Program-made: the position numbers and the translations under genes
Shown: piece by piece, positions 1 through 11,322 of the stretch
How positions within the stretch are numbered: the stretch's first letter is position 1
How the letters are laid out: the number at the start of each line of letters is the position of its first letter
DNA from: Eubacteriales bacterium
GTDB taxonomy: Bacteria; Bacillota; Clostridia; Oscillospirales; CAG-272
Direction of reading: 5' to 3'
Assembly: GCA_045634705.1 (NCBI GenBank)
Contig: JAZRAU010000082.1
Location: forward strand, 1-48,002
DNA length: 48,002 nucleotides
Notes under the pieces: generated by a model
Databases searched by the model: none
What the model saw: only the letters and a program-made list of their open reading frames with translations
What the model was told of the DNA's origin: nothing

Positions 1-1933
1 CGGCTGCGGCACGCGCCATTTCCTCGGCGCGGCGGCGCTCCTCCTCCTTGCGGAGAGCGTCCTGCTCATCGCTGGCACGCTTTTTGTCGTCAGCGATCGC
101 GGCGATCTCCTCAAAGGTAGCTTCCCGCTCCATGGCGGCAAGGAACTGGTCCCCGTCCATGGTCTCATGCTTGAGAAGGAACTCGGCCACAAAGCGGAGC
201 TTATCGGCGTGTGCTTCCAGAAGCGACATGCACTTCTTATAGGCACCGTCGATCGTCGCGCGGATCTCATCGTCGATTTCGGCGGCGGTCTTTTCGGAGT
301 AATTCTTCCCCGAGGAGAAATCACGGCCGAGGAAGACCTCATCGCTCGAATGCTCGGAGCCGTAAAGCACGGTACCAAGCTTTTCGCTCATACCATATCT
401 TGTCACCATATTTCTGGCAACGGCGGTGGCCTTCTGAATGTCGTTCGAGGCACCGGTGGAGATATCGTCAAGCACCAGCTTTTCGGCAACGCGACCGCCG
501 AGAGACACCACGATATCGTCCAGCATCTCGCTGCGTGACATCACCATTCTGTCAACCTCGGGCACGCGGAGCGTGACACCGCCGGCAGAGCCTGAGGGAA
601 TGATCGTAATGTGCTTGACGGGGTCCGAATGCTCGCAGAAATAGGAGGCCACGGCATGGCCCGCCTCGTGATAGGCGCAAAGCTTATTATCGTAGTCGGT
701 GCGTACCTTAGCGCGCTTTTTGGGGCCAAGAATGACCTTCATATAAGCATCGTGGACGTCCTCCTGGCGGATCAGCGAGCGCCCCTGACGGGCGGCCAGC
801 AGCGCGGCCTCATTCAGGAGGTTGGCAAGATCGGCGCCTGTGAAGCCCACCGTGGTTCTTGCAATGTGCTTAAAGTCGACACTCGCATCAAAGGGCTTAC
901 CCTTGGCGTGCACCTTTAGGATCTCCTCACGGCCCTTGATATCGGGATAATTGACCGTGATCTGACGGACAAAGCGGCCGGGACGCAGAGGCGCCGGGTC
1001 AAGGATACCGGGGCGGTTGGTGGCCGCAATGACGATGATCCCCTCGTGCTTATCAAACCCCTCCATTTCCACAAGGAGCTGGTTGAGCGTTTGCTCACGC
1101 TCATCGTGTCCGCCACCAAGGCCCGCACCGCGGTGACGGCCAACGGCATCGATCTCATCGATAAAGACGATGCTGGCAGGGCTTTTCCGTGCTGTTTCAA
1201 AAAGGTCACGGACACGGGAGGCACCGACACCAACGTACATTTCCACAAAGTCGGAGCCGGAGATCGAATAGGAGGGGACTCCGGCCTCCCCCGCAACGGC
1301 GCGGGCAAGAAGCGTTTTACCTGTACCGGGAGGGCCTACAAGAAGCACACCGTGGGGGATCTTGGCACCGAGGTGAGTGTATTTGCGAGGATCACGCAAA
1401 AACTCCACAACCTCGGAAAGCTCCTCCTTTTCCTCATCGGCACCCGCCACATCGGAGAACTTGACAACGTTCCCGGGGGTGCCTACCTTGGCACGGGCAC
1501 GGGCAAAGGAATTCATCTTTCCACCGTGGCCCGATGTCTGGCGCACCATATAGATGAAGAAGCCAATCATAAGGAGCATCAGAATGATATACGGCAGATA
1601 TTCAAGGATCCACGGCGTATCCACCGGCTCCTCAAAGTTGTACTCCTCAAGATTTTCAAGGCTTCCGCCGACGACGATCTCGTTGATGTATTCCAGCTGG
1701 AAGTTGTAGCCGAGGCGGTAGGTGTACTCCTTGCCGTCGGTACCCACGATATACATATACCCGTCGGTATCAATGGTAAAGGACTTAACAGCGTCCGTCT
1801 CAAACATAGTCACAACGTCCCGATAGGTGAAGGACTCCTTTTCCGAGATCATATCGGTGACGATCACGGCAACAAAGATAAAGACCAGCACCAGAAGGAG
1901 CATCAGGACTACATTTTTTATGTTGATTTTCAT
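1..1933 (-). CDS. ftsH: ATP-dependent zinc metalloprotease FtsH; the C-terminal end runs off the window edge
   Basis: My own translation of the minus strand from the ATG at 1933 gives [21 protein letters not shown] (TM). It also shows Walker [22 protein letters not shown], the AAA second region of homology, and the zinc motif YHEAGHAV. There is no stop before position 1, which is why the ORF track omits it. The plus-strand ORF 1046..1975 is the antisense shadow. Confidence 0.93.
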   Translation of the reverse strand, partial: MKINIKNVVLMLLLVLVFIFVAVIVTDMISEKESFTYRDVVTMFETDAVKSFTIDTDGYMYIVGTDGKEYTYRLGYNFQLEYINEIVVGGSLENLEEYNFEEPVDTPWILEYLPYIILMLLMIGFFIYMVRQTSGHGGKMNSFARARAKVGTPGNVVKFSDVAGADEEKEELSEVVEFLRDPRKYTHLGAKIPHGVLLVGPPGTGKTLLARAVAGEAGVPSYSISGSDFVEMYVGVGASRVRDLFETARKSPASIVFIDEIDAVGRHRGAGLGGGHDEREQTLNQLLVEMEGFDKHEGIIVIAATNRPGILDPAPLRPGRFVRQITVNYPDIKGREEILKVHAKGKPFDASVDFKHIARTTVGFTGADLANLLNEAALLAARQGRSLIRQEDVHDAYMKVILGPKKRAKVRTDYDNKLCAYHEAGHAVASYFCEHSDPVKHITIIPSGSAGGVTLRVPEVDRMVMSRSEMLDDIVVSLGGRVAEKLVLDDISTGASNDIQKATAVARNMVTRYGMSEKLGTVLYGSEHSSDEVFLGRDFSSGKNYSEKTAAEIDDEIRATIDGAYKKCMSLLEAHADKLRFVAEFLLKHETMDGDQFLAAMEREATFEEIAAIADDKKRASDEQDALRKEEERRRAEEMARAAA

Positions 1934-1957
1934 GCAGTGTTCCTAAGCCTTTCTGCC

Positions 1958-2536
1958 TTATTGTGCGTTATTTGAGCCGCCTCCGTAAACCTCGGGACGG
2001 AGAATCCCGATATAGGGAAGCGCGCGGTATTGCTCATCATAGTCAAGGCCGTAGCCCACAACAAACTCGTCCTCCACCTCAATACCGACGTAATCGGGAG
2101 TGAAGTCGACCTCGCGGCGCAAGGGCTTATCGAGAAGGGTGCAGGTACGGACGCTCTTAGCCCCCTTATGGAGAAGATACTCCACAAGATAGGAGAGGGT
2201 CTTTCCGCTGTCTATGATGTCCTCAACAATAATGATATTGCAGGAATCGATATCCTTGCGGGCAAGGTCAAGAATAATGTTGATGTTGCCCGTGGATTTG
2301 GTACCTGCACCGTAGGACGACACCTTCATAAAATCGATCTCCACAGGAAGGGTGATCTTCTTCATCAGATCCCCCATAAAGACCACAGAGCCCTTAAGAA
2401 TGGCCAGAAGAAGCACGCGCCCCTCGGCCTTGGCATAATCACGGTCGATCTGGGCGGCAAGGCGAGTGACAGCACTGTCAAGCTCCTCCTCGCTGATCAT
2501 AACGGCTTTAATATCTTTATTCATCATTTCCTCCAA
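1958..2536 (-). CDS. hpt: hypoxanthine phosphoribosyltransferase
   Basis: 192-aa ORF with the PRPP-binding loop NIIIVEDIIDSGKTL and a C-terminal VVGYGLDY motif. It sits in the conserved tilS-hpt-ftsH order. Confidence 0.9.
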   Translation of the reverse strand: MEEMMNKDIKAVMISEEELDSAVTRLAAQIDRDYAKAEGRVLLLAILKGSVVFMGDLMKKITLPVEIDFMKVSSYGAGTKSTGNINIILDLARKDIDSCNIIIVEDIIDSGKTLSYLVEYLLHKGAKSVRTCTLLDKPLRREVDFTPDYVGIEVEDEFVVGYGLDYDEQYRALPYIGILRPEVYGGGSNNAQ

Positions 2537-2554
2537 AGATAACGATTATTCATG

Positions 2555-3931
2555 TCAAATTTGAACAGCATCTCTTACAGGGAACAGGGGGACCCACAGG
2601 ATCCCCGCCCCGTCACAAAGAACGGGGAGAGCGGCACGCAGGGCGGGCGCAAGCTTTCTATCATTATAAAGCTTTTTAAGACGATGGGTGTGTCCACCGT
2701 AACGGTAGGCGTCTCCGGGGAGACGGCCGCGCACGTGCAATCCGTCAATGATTATATCAGAAGAAAATGCCGCTGTAATGTCTATTTTGTGAAGATTTGA
2801 AAAACAACGGGCCGTAACGATGCCCTCGCGCTCGGTGAGTGTGAGAGTAAAGCCCTCACCAAGATCGGTCTCTCCAAACCCCACCGCCATGGGAGAGCGT
2901 GTCGCTTCCCTCCTCGGTAACGTTCGGGAAAAGGCAAAGCGGTCTCCCTCCCTCACCGCATAGAGGCGGTTGGGAACAGCATACGAGAAGTCACCGCCAC
3001 GGTGAAGAAGGCGCGAAATGGCAATGATGTGCGTATGCTCTATGGCCACCGACGTGGCCCTTTGATCCCGCGCGGCCTCGTAAAGCTTGCGGAGAACGCG
3101 CCGCAGGATCGCCTCGGGAAGCTGTGACAGTCTCTCAGCGCTCACGCCCCCCTCTTCCGCAAGCGCGGTCAGCGCGGCCTCGGCCTCGGCTTCGAGAAAA
3201 AAAACATCAGGCAGAAGGGACTCACTCATACGGCGAGCCGCCGCCTCGGGGCTTTTGGTGATGCGTTCAAGGCGCGGAAGGAGCTCGTTGCGGATATAAT
3301 TGCGCGTATAGGCCGTATCGGCGTTGCTGGCATCCACGGCGTAGCCGATCCCCGCCTCGCGGAGCGCCTCACGGATCTCCTTGCCCGTAAGGCACAGAAG
3401 GGGGCGCACCAGCCCTTCTCTTACGGGACGGATCCCAAGAAGTGCCGAGGCACCGCCCCCACGCAGGAGGTGATGCAGGACGGTTTCCAAGTGATCGGTG
3501 GCGTTGTGAGCCGTGGCGATAACCGAAAGCCCGGCATGGCGGGAAAGGCACTCGGTAAGTGCCGCATAGCGCAGGCGGCGTGCCGCCTCCTCGATCCCCT
3601 CACCTGTTTTTTTTGCCTCGGAGGCTACATTGATCCGTACCGATTCAAACGGCACGGAAAGGGCGTCGCATGCCCGACGGCAAAGCGCTTCATCGGCATC
3701 GCTCGCATCCCCCCGCAGGCCATGGTTGACATGCAAGGCGGCAAGCGGAAACCCGTGCTTGTGGGAGAAGGCCGAGAGAAGATACAAAAGAAAGAGAGAA
3801 TCGGCGCCTCCAGAAAGCGCGAGGAGCGTTCCGCGCGAAAGGTGAGGCAAAAGCCCTTCTTCAAGGATAAAGGCCTCCACACGCTCCTCGGCGTTTCGGA
3901 AGGACTCCCCCTTTTTGATCGGCGCCGTCAT
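2555..3931 (-). CDS. tilS: tRNA(Ile)-lysidine synthetase
   Basis: PP-loop motif LALSGGADSLFLL near the N-terminus, 458 aa. The start overlaps the dnaB stop by 4 nt (ATGA). Synteny with hpt/ftsH supports the call. Confidence 0.88.
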   Translation of the reverse strand: MTAPIKKGESFRNAEERVEAFILEEGLLPHLSRGTLLALSGGADSLFLLYLLSAFSHKHGFPLAALHVNHGLRGDASDADEALCRRACDALSVPFESVRINVASEAKKTGEGIEEAARRLRYAALTECLSRHAGLSVIATAHNATDHLETVLHHLLRGGGASALLGIRPVREGLVRPLLCLTGKEIREALREAGIGYAVDASNADTAYTRNYIRNELLPRLERITKSPEAAARRMSESLLPDVFFLEAEAEAALTALAEEGGVSAERLSQLPEAILRRVLRKLYEAARDQRATSVAIEHTHIIAISRLLHRGGDFSYAVPNRLYAVREGDRFAFSRTLPRREATRSPMAVGFGETDLGEGFTLTLTEREGIVTARCFSNLHKIDITAAFSSDIIIDGLHVRGRLPGDAYRYGGHTHRLKKLYNDRKLAPALRAALPVLCDGAGILWVPLFPVRDAVQI

Positions 3932-5295
3932 GCGGGAGGAGCGTCTCCCATAGTCTTTTCAATAGAGTAGAAGCGGGTATAGGCCTTATCAAAGTGCATC
4001 GGTACCGTGCCCACGCCGCCGTGACGGTTTTTGGCGATGATGACCTCCATTTTACTGGCATCGGTCTCCATGACCTGCCCATCCTTCTCCTCGGTGCCGT
4101 AGTAATCGTCACGGTAAAGGAAAAGAATGATGTCGGCATCCTGCTCGATAGCGCCCGAGTCGCGCAGGTCACTGAGCATGGGACGCTTGGAGCCGCGGCC
4201 CTTGGATTCGGGGTTACGGGAAAGCTGAGCGCAGCAAACGATCGGCACACCAAGCTCCTTGGCCATAAGCTTCAGGTTTCTCGAAATATCCGAGACCTCC
4301 TGCACACGGCTATCGGTGTTTTTGCCGCTTTGCATCAGCTGGAGATAGTCAACGACAACAAGGCCAAGGTTCTTAACACGGCGCAGCTTGGCCTTCATAT
4401 CGGTAACGGTGATCTGCGTGGTATCGTCAAGAAGGATCTCGCAGGAGGAAAGCTCCGCGGCGGCATCGGCAAGGCGCACCCAATCGTCGGGCGAGAGGTT
4501 GCCGCGGCGCAGGGTGGTGCTGTCCACACGCGCTTCGCTGGCCAACATACGGTTGACAAGCTGCTCCGAGGACATTTCCAGGGAAAAGATACACACCGTC
4601 TTTTTGGTGGACTTAGCAACGCTGGTGGCAATGTTGACGGCAAAGCTTGTCTTACCCATACCGGGACGCGCGCCAACGATGATAAAATCGCCGTAACCCA
4701 ACTGGACCAGCACCTGGTCGATGCCCGAATATCCCGTCTGCACACCGCGGACCTCATTCGGGTTCTCGGAGAGCTCAGTGAGATCCTGATACACCGTCTG
4801 CGCCACATCACGGATATGGCGAAGCTCCTTGGAGCTGCGTTTTTCCGCGATCTCAAAAATGGTCTGCTCGGCACTGTCGATGATCTGCTCCGCAGTTCCC
4901 TGCTCACCGTACGCCGTCTCCTCAATGCTGTCGCACGCTAAGATCAGACGGCGGAGCATGGCCTTGTCCTTCACGGCGCGTGCATAGTCGCGCACGTTAG
5001 CCGCCGTGGGCACGCTGAAGGAGAGGGTCTTAATGTATTCGACACCACCCGATTCGGAGTACACACCGTCCTGAACAAGCGTGTTGACAAGCGTCACCGT
5101 GTCGATGTTGCGGCTGGCAAGGAACATCGAGCGCATGGTGGCGTAGATCTTTTTATGTTCGTCAAGGCTGAAGTCCTCAGAATCCAGCAGCCCCGCGATC
5201 TCCTCAAAGCTATCGGGGCGGATCAGAATGCTTCCGAGGACGGCCTGCTCGGATTCGATCGATACGGGAAGGCGCCTTCCCAATTCTTCGTTCAT
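3928..5295 (-). CDS. dnaB: replicative DNA helicase (DnaB/DnaC family)
   Basis: 455 aa. The N-terminal SIESEQAVLGSIL motif and Walker A GARPGMGKTSFAVN are present, and the C-terminal half is RecA-like. It lies downstream of rplI as in Bacillus. Confidence 0.93.
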   Translation of the reverse strand: MNEELGRRLPVSIESEQAVLGSILIRPDSFEEIAGLLDSEDFSLDEHKKIYATMRSMFLASRNIDTVTLVNTLVQDGVYSESGGVEYIKTLSFSVPTAANVRDYARAVKDKAMLRRLILACDSIEETAYGEQGTAEQIIDSAEQTIFEIAEKRSSKELRHIRDVAQTVYQDLTELSENPNEVRGVQTGYSGIDQVLVQLGYGDFIIVGARPGMGKTSFAVNIATSVAKSTKKTVCIFSLEMSSEQLVNRMLASEARVDSTTLRRGNLSPDDWVRLADAAAELSSCEILLDDTTQITVTDMKAKLRRVKNLGLVVVDYLQLMQSGKNTDSRVQEVSDISRNLKLMAKELGVPIVCCAQLSRNPESKGRGSKRPMLSDLRDSGAIEQDADIILFLYRDDYYGTEEKDGQVMETDASKMEVIIAKNRHGGVGTVPMHFDKAYTRFYSIEKTMGDAPPA

Positions 5296-5306
5296 AAAGC
5301 TCTCCG

Positions 5307-5750
5307 TTATGCGTGAACTACCACAGAAAATTTACCGATGACGTCGCTGTAAAGGCGCACCTCCACAGGAAACACCCCAAAGGAGCGGATCTGCTCGCTC
5401 ATCGTGATCTTGCGCTTGTCCACCGTGATACCGAAATCACGGGCCAGCACCTCGGCCACGTCCTTAGCCGTAACGGCACCGTAAAGACGGCCGTCAGCCC
5501 CTGCGGAAGACTTGATCTTAACCGTCAGAGAAGAAAGCCGCTCGGCAACGGCCGTTGCCGCCTTTTTCTCCTCGGCCACACGGAAGGCCTCGGCCTCCTC
5601 CTTGGATTTCAGCTCACTCATGACCTTGGCATCGGCAATGGCGGCCAGCTTTCGCGGCAAAAGGAAGTTGCGGGCGTATCCGTCCGAAACATCGATGATC
5701 TGATTTTTCTTTCCCTGACCCTTAACGTCAGCAAGCAGCACTACTTTCAT
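5307..5750 (-). CDS. rplI: 50S ribosomal protein L9
   Basis: 147 aa beginning [36 protein letters not shown], the canonical L9 N-terminus. Confidence 0.93.
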   Translation of the reverse strand: MKVVLLADVKGQGKKNQIIDVSDGYARNFLLPRKLAAIADAKVMSELKSKEEAEAFRVAEEKKAATAVAERLSSLTVKIKSSAGADGRLYGAVTAKDVAEVLARDFGITVDKRKITMSEQIRSFGVFPVEVRLYSDVIGKFSVVVHA

Positions 5751-7750
5751 ATCATTTCTCCCTTGTATTGATTATCAAAATATTCATCGATAGCGTCGCG
5801 GAGCCCCTCGATGACAGACGCAACGGTAGCCCCGGGAACCTGGGCCCCCGCCACATCAAAGTGGCCACCGCCCCGATATTTTTCCAGAATGACCTGCACG
5901 TTGACCGTACCGTCCGAGCGCGCAGAAATATACACCGTGTCCTCAATCTTCACGATAGCAAAGGAGGTATTGACCCCCTTAACTCCAAGAAGTCCGTCCG
6001 CCGCCTTGGCCGCCGCAATGCGGTAGCTGGCATCGGCCTCCTCACAGTCGCATGCGGCAATGGCCACATGCTTGCGGTAAAGAACAACGTTGCTGTTGAA
6101 ATGCGCTTCCTTCTCAAGATCCTCGGCCGTGGTCTTGAAGAACTCAAAGGTCTCACCGGGGTTAGCGCCCGCGCCACGCAGGAACTGCGCCACGGCAAAG
6201 GTGCGTGTGCCCGTGTTACGCGTAAAACGCTTGGTGTCAAGAAGCACGCCCGAGAGAAGAAGCTCAGCCTCCTCCTGACGAAGGATCCTGGCCCCCGTGT
6301 TCTGCTCGATAATCTCGGAAACCAGCTCCGAGGCCGAGGAAGCAGACGGCTCAATGTATTCGAGCTTAACCGAGGAATTGTAGGCCGCCGTCTTGATGTG
6401 GTGGTCGATGACGGCAACGGTCTGCGCCTTTTCCATAAGGGCGGGGCACTCCACGTAGCCCGAGTTGTTCACGTCCGCCACGATGAGAAGGGTGCCCGCA
6501 TCGGCAAGGTCAAGCGCCTCCCCGCCGTCCACAAACATTCCCTTATATTCACTAAGATGCGCGATCCTTTGGAAGCAGGGCGCCAGGTTTTCGTCATCAC
6601 GGTTGACAACGATATTGACGCGCACCCCCTGATTTAAGACCATACGCGCAAGACCGACCGAGGCCGCAAAGGAATCGTAGTCGCCGTAGCGGTGGCCCAT
6701 AATGAGAACGTTATCGGCACGGCCGATGAGGGCCAGCAGCTGACGCGCTACCACGCGGGCCTTAATATTGACGCGCTTGTATCCCGTCTTGGTTCGACCA
6801 CCGAAGAAGGAAACGCCGTAATCGTCACGGAGAACGACCTGGTCGCCTCCTCGCTGAAGGGCAAGGTCAAGGGCGTACTGCGCGGCGCGCTCACGCTCGG
6901 CCAGCGACTTCCCTTCCAATCGGGAAACGCCAAGCGAAACGGTGATCGGCATAGCATCGCCAACGCGGATCGCACGGATCTCATCCAGGATATCAAAGCG
7001 GTTGCGGAGGCACTCCTCAAGATGAACGTCATCAAGCACCATAAGGTACTTGTTGCGATCGTAAGCGCGGAAGAGCCCGCCGATGCCCTCGATCCACGAG
7101 CGCAGGCGCTCCTCCACTCTTGCCGAGGTTTCAGCGTATTCGTTCTGCACGAACTGCAGGATCTCCTCGATGTTATCGATAATGGCATACGCCACAACGG
7201 AGCGCTCCTCGGCATAGGCGCGCTCGGCCGAGAGGCGCGCTGTCTCATCGTAAAGGTTTAAGAGCATATACCGATGCTCTCCAACCGTCATGGGAACCCG
7301 ATGCAACAGGCAACGGCGCGGACCAAAATCCGCATATGCCTCCCCGCCTTCTCCCTTGCTGAGAACGCAAAGGTTGGAAAACGGCGTTCCCGCAGGAACA
7401 CTGTCACGCCCCGCCATTCGCAAAAAGGCAGGATTTGAAAAGAGGACGCGCCCCGTTTCATCCGAGAGGATGACGGGGTGATGCATGGCCTCCAGCGCTT
7501 CTCCCAGCTCGGTATCAAAAATGGTATCCACAATGCGCGGATCCCCCACCCCCTCGGTACGGCGGCGCCAATACACCCAAAGGGCCAATAGCGAAAGATA
7601 GACGAGAACGGTCAGCATCACCGCATACAGGTCGCTACCCTCAGGCAGGAGAAAACGCAAAAGCATAAAGAGTGCCAGCATCAGGCAAAACAGAACGATC
7701 ATGACGCCAACATCAAGCTTTGTGGCGATCTTAAGCTCTCTTTTTCGCAA
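5747..7750 (-). CDS. gdpP: cyclic-di-AMP phosphodiesterase GdpP/YybT-like: two TM helices, a PAS-like region, a degenerate GGDEF region and a DHH-DHHA1 domain
   Basis: DHH motif [13 protein letters not shown]1 motif [11 protein letters not shown], and N-terminal TM helices. The gdpP-rplI-dnaB order is conserved. The longest ORF reaches 7873, but a TTG at 7750 lies 7 nt after AAGGAGG (reverse complement of 7758..7764), so I prefer that start. Confidence 0.82.
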   Translation of the reverse strand: MRKRELKIATKLDVGVMIVLFCLMLALFMLLRFLLPEGSDLYAVMLTVLVYLSLLALWVYWRRRTEGVGDPRIVDTIFDTELGEALEAMHHPVILSDETGRVLFSNPAFLRMAGRDSVPAGTPFSNLCVLSKGEGGEAYADFGPRRCLLHRVPMTVGEHRYMLLNLYDETARLSAERAYAEERSVVAYAIIDNIEEILQFVQNEYAETSARVEERLRSWIEGIGGLFRAYDRNKYLMVLDDVHLEECLRNRFDILDEIRAIRVGDAMPITVSLGVSRLEGKSLAERERAAQYALDLALQRGGDQVVLRDDYGVSFFGGRTKTGYKRVNIKARVVARQLLALIGRADNVLIMGHRYGDYDSFAASVGLARMVLNQGVRVNIVVNRDDENLAPCFQRIAHLSEYKGMFVDGGEALDLADAGTLLIVADVNNSGYVECPALMEKAQTVAVIDHHIKTAAYNSSVKLEYIEPSASSASELVSEIIEQNTGARILRQEEAELLLSGVLLDTKRFTRNTGTRTFAVAQFLRGAGANPGETFEFFKTTAEDLEKEAHFNSNVVLYRKHVAIAACDCEEADASYRIAAAKAADGLLGVKGVNTSFAIVKIEDTVYISARSDGTVNVQVILEKYRGGGHFDVAGAQVPGATVASVIEGLRDAIDEYFDNQYKGEMI

Positions 7751-7880
7751 AGCGGAACCTCCTTGAGTTAATAAAATCATACAGTAAAGTATATTATAAC
7801 AGAAAAAAGTAAATTTGTAAACAGTCGGGCGAATATTTTTCGTTTTTTTCCGAAACTCGACCCAAAAGGACAAAAAGAAC

Positions 7881-7909
7881 TTGTCAGCCGCACGTTTTTG
7901 TAGTAAAAT
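7881..7909 (+). promoter_or_regulatory. sigma-A-type promoter candidate for recG
   Basis: TTGTCA (7881..7886), a 17-nt spacer, then TAAAAT (7904..7909), about 25 nt upstream of the recG ATG. Confidence 0.4.
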
Positions 7910-7933
7910 GTATAGAGTGGGAGGTGATACGGC

Positions 7934-10054
7934 ATGAAGGAGCTGACGCTCAATAGCTCCGTCCTCGAACTATCGGGAATCGGAAAAACGCGCGCAGAGG
8001 CGCTTTCACGCATCGGAATATCCACTGTGCGGGATCTTGTGCTGCACTTCCCCCGCGCTTACGAGGATCGCGGCAAGGTCAAAACGGTCCTTGAAGCGAC
8101 CGACGGCGAGACCCACGCCCTTATCCTGACGGTAGCCAACGAACCTTACACCGCAAAGCTTCCCCGCCACATGACCATTACCAAATTCCGCGCCTTTGAC
8201 GAGACCGGCACCGTGGAGGTCGTGTTTTTTAACCAGCCCTATTGCCGCGACATCTTTTCTGTGGGAGACGAATTCCGCTTCTACGGTAAACTGACCGCCG
8301 ACAAGAAGATCTACCGCCTTACCAACCCCGCCTTTGAAAGGCTCACCCCCGATTCCCCCCTACCCGATATGGTGCCACGGTATCCTCTGACGGCGGGGAT
8401 CGGGGAAAAGATCGTGGCGCAGGCCGTAGCAGCGGCGCTCCCCTGTCTCGCGGAGCTTTCCGATTTTCTGCCTGAGAATATCCGCCAAAAATACAACTTC
8501 CCAACCCTGTCGACAGCCATAAAAATCCTACATGAGCCCCTCAATCACGAGGATCTTCGCCCCGCATTTCACCGCATGGCGTTTGATGAGTACTTCACCT
8601 TTTCCTTAGGCCTTTCACTTTCAAGGCGGCACCGCACGGAGGCCGAGGCCCCCTTTTGCAGCAAGCAGAACATTACTCCGCTTCTTGACCTTTTATCCTA
8701 CGAGCTCACCTCCTCGCAGAAAGCCGCCGTCCGCGAGATCGCGGCCGATATGGCGCGCCCCTCCCGCGTTCCCATGAGCCGTATCCTTGTGGGAGATGTG
8801 GGATGCGGAAAAACCGTCTGCGCGGCCATTGCCGCTTACATTGCCATACGGAATGGGCACCAGGTCTCGCTCATGGCTCCCACCGAAATTTTGGCAAGGC
8901 AGCATTACCACGACCTTGCCCCTCTTTTCCGGGCGCTGGGGGCGCGTACCGAGCTGCTTGTCGGTACCACATCCGTCAAGGAAAAGTCACGCATTTACGC
9001 TTCTCTCCTCGCTAAGGAAAACGAACGCACCGACCTTTTGATCGGCACTCACGCACTCTTGAATGAAAGGATTGAGTTCGCCGACCTTGGGCTTGCCATT
9101 ACCGACGAACAGCACCGCTTTGGTGCTATGCAGCGCACGGCGATCCGTGCAAAAAACCCAGAAGCGCATCTTTTGGTCATGAGTGCCACGCCGATCCCGC
9201 GCACCTTGGCACTTGTTCTGTACGGCGATCTTGACATTTCCCGCATTACCGAGATGCCTGCGGGGCGCCAGCGCGTGGACACCTTCCTTATCGGAGAAAG
9301 CATGCGGGACCGCCTTTACGGTTTTATCGAACGCACGGTGAAGGACAAGGGGCAGGTGTATGTCGTTTGTCCCGCTATCGAGGAGGACGGCGCCATTCCT
9401 TTGGCCAAGGTCTTTCTTCCCGACGAGGACAGCGCCTCTCCCCTCAAAAACGCCGTGGAGCATGCCGAGCATCTGGCCGCGCGCTTTCCCGAGCACACCG
9501 TGGCCTGTCTTCACGGGAAGATGAAGCCAAAGGAGAAGGACGCGGTTATGCGGCGCTTTGCCGACGGAGAGATCGACATTCTCGTTTCCACCACCGTAAT
9601 CGAGGTGGGGGTCAATGTACCGAACGCCTCCCTCATGGTAGTGGAAAACGCCGAGCGCTTCGGTCTGTCCCAGCTGCATCAGCTGCGGGGACGCGTGGGC
9701 CGCGGCACACGAAAATCCCACTGCATTCTCGTTTCCGAGCCCCGGGGGGATACGGCAAAAAAGCGTCTCTCTGCCCTTTGCACGACCTATGACGGATATG
9801 CGATCGCGGAGGAGGATCTGCGCCTGCGAGGCCCCGGCGATTTCTTCGCCGGCGAGAACGATTCGATCCGTCAAAGCGGCGGTCTGCGCTTCTCTCCCTT
9901 GGCGGCCACCGCCGATCCCCACATCATTTCCTCCGCCTTTGCCGAAGCGGCGGAGATCCTTGAAAAGGATCCCGACCTTTCCCGCCCCGAGCATCGCCTC
10001 CTCTCCGAGGAGATCCACCGTCTTTTCCGCATTGAAGAAAACACCTTTTCCTGA
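7934..10054 (+). CDS. recG: ATP-dependent DNA helicase RecG
   Basis: 706 aa with an N-terminal wedge/OB region, helicase motif I GDVGCGKT, motif II DEQHRFG, and motif VI LHQLRGRVGRG. Confidence 0.93.
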   Translation: MKELTLNSSVLELSGIGKTRAEALSRIGISTVRDLVLHFPRAYEDRGKVKTVLEATDGETHALILTVANEPYTAKLPRHMTITKFRAFDETGTVEVVFFNQPYCRDIFSVGDEFRFYGKLTADKKIYRLTNPAFERLTPDSPLPDMVPRYPLTAGIGEKIVAQAVAAALPCLAELSDFLPENIRQKYNFPTLSTAIKILHEPLNHEDLRPAFHRMAFDEYFTFSLGLSLSRRHRTEAEAPFCSKQNITPLLDLLSYELTSSQKAAVREIAADMARPSRVPMSRILVGDVGCGKTVCAAIAAYIAIRNGHQVSLMAPTEILARQHYHDLAPLFRALGARTELLVGTTSVKEKSRIYASLLAKENERTDLLIGTHALLNERIEFADLGLAITDEQHRFGAMQRTAIRAKNPEAHLLVMSATPIPRTLALVLYGDLDISRITEMPAGRQRVDTFLIGESMRDRLYGFIERTVKDKGQVYVVCPAIEEDGAIPLAKVFLPDEDSASPLKNAVEHAEHLAARFPEHTVACLHGKMKPKEKDAVMRRFADGEIDILVSTTVIEVGVNVPNASLMVVENAERFGLSQLHQLRGRVGRGTRKSHCILVSEPRGDTAKKRLSALCTTYDGYAIAEEDLRLRGPGDFFAGENDSIRQSGGLRFSPLAATADPHIISSAFAEAAEILEKDPDLSRPEHRLLSEEIHRLFRIEENTFS

Positions 10055-10066
10055 AAGGATACCGCT

Positions 10067-11296
10067 ATGAGCTATCGTCCTCTCGCCGACAGAATTCGTC
10101 CCGAAAGCTTTGATGAAATGGTGGGTCAGGAGCATCTCGTTGGTCACAACGGCATTCTCCGCCGCATGCTGGAGGGCGGCCGCATCGGGAACATGATCTT
10201 TGCCGGCCCCCCCGGCACAGGCAAGACGACGGCCGCAGGCATCATTGCCAAAGCGACAGACCTTCACCTGTGCCGCCTCAATGCCACCACCGCCTCTCTT
10301 GCCGACGTAAAGGCCGTGGTGACAGAGACCTCCAATATGTTTGGCGCCGGCGGAGTTCTTCTCTATCTCGACGAGATCCAATACTTCAATAAAAAGCAGC
10401 AGCAGTCGCTTCTTGAGTACATGGAGGACGGAAGGATCACCCTCATTGCCTCCACGACGGAAAACCCGACCATGGCCATTTACCCCGCCATTCTTTCGCG
10501 ATCCTCGGTTTTTGAATTCCGTCCTGTGGAGGGGGAGGCCTGCGTTCCTCTTTTGCGACGCGCGCTCAACACTCTGAACGAGGAGAACGGCACGCAGAAG
10601 TCAGCAGATGACACGCTCCTCGCAAGGATCGCCACCCGCACGGGCGGTGATGTGCGTGGCTCGGTCGGCATTCTGGAAAACGCCTACTACCTCGCCGATG
10701 ATGTTATGAAGGAGAAGGACTTTTGCGACCTTTTTCCTGCGTATGCGGGCGCGTTTTCCGCCAGCGGCGACGGCCATTACGACCTGATGTCCTGCTTACA
10801 GAAATCAATCCGCGGATCAGATCCCGATGCCGCCGTCTTTTATCTGGCCAAGATCCTTGCGGCGGGCGATCTTCTGTCCGCGATCCGCCGCCTTCAGGTC
10901 ATTGCCAGCGAGGATGTGGGCGCCGCCTACCCTATGGCCGCCGTCATTGTGCGTGCCTGCACCGAGAGCGCCCGTGATCTCGGCCTCCCTGAGGCGGCGA
11001 TCCCCCTGGCAAACGCCACCGTGCTTTTAGCCACCGCGCCAAAATCCAACAGCGCCTACGCCGCTTATCACGCGGCGCTTGAGGACGTGGAGGCCGGTCG
11101 CGGACAGATCGTTCCCGAGCATCTTCACGGCCCCTCCTTCCGCGGCTATCGCTATCCTCACGATTACCCCAATCACTACGTAGAGCAGACCTATCTGCCC
11201 GAGGATCTTGTGGGCCGCAAATACTACACCTTCGGTGAGAATAAGACCGAGCAGGCGGCCAAGGCCTACTACGAAATGATCCGCAAAAAGCTCTGA
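10067..11296 (+). CDS. rarA: replication-associated recombination protein A (RarA/MgsA AAA+ ATPase)
   Basis: 409 aa. LADRIRP..FDEMVGQEHL, Walker [26 protein letters not shown], and the MgsA C-terminal block DPDAAVFYLAKIL are all present. Confidence 0.9.
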   Translation: MSYRPLADRIRPESFDEMVGQEHLVGHNGILRRMLEGGRIGNMIFAGPPGTGKTTAAGIIAKATDLHLCRLNATTASLADVKAVVTETSNMFGAGGVLLYLDEIQYFNKKQQQSLLEYMEDGRITLIASTTENPTMAIYPAILSRSSVFEFRPVEGEACVPLLRRALNTLNEENGTQKSADDTLLARIATRTGGDVRGSVGILENAYYLADDVMKEKDFCDLFPAYAGAFSASGDGHYDLMSCLQKSIRGSDPDAAVFYLAKILAAGDLLSAIRRLQVIASEDVGAAYPMAAVIVRACTESARDLGLPEAAIPLANATVLLATAPKSNSAYAAYHAALEDVEAGRGQIVPEHLHGPSFRGYRYPHDYPNHYVEQTYLPEDLVGRKYYTFGENKTEQAAKAYYEMIRKKL

Positions 11297-11322
11297 CCCA
11301 AATAAATTTTCGGGAGAATGTT

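Noticed and set aside
7751-7873. The N-terminal 41 codons of the longest gdpP ORF.
   Set aside because: A TTG at 7750 has a perfect AAGGAGG at 7-nt spacing and precedes the first TM helix. The upstream extension lies in AT-rich promoter-like DNA, so the longer form is probably an ORF-calling artefact.
8987-10381. A 464-aa minus-strand ORF. Similar long antisense ORFs are 1046..1975 (+), 14510..15646 (+), 24654..25616 (-), 25719..26723 (+), 33753..35591 (+), 37923..39089 (+), 45182..46198 (-) and 47295..47990 (-).
   Set aside because: Each lies exactly antisense to a gene with unmistakable family motifs (recG/rarA, ftsH, ychF, rplA, mutS2, pckG, recR/ybaB/dnaX, fba, nadE). Their products are Arg/Gly/Ala-rich with no recognisable domains, and they lack ribosome-binding sites. 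This is the typical stop-codon depletion seen on the antisense strand of GC-rich coding DNA.
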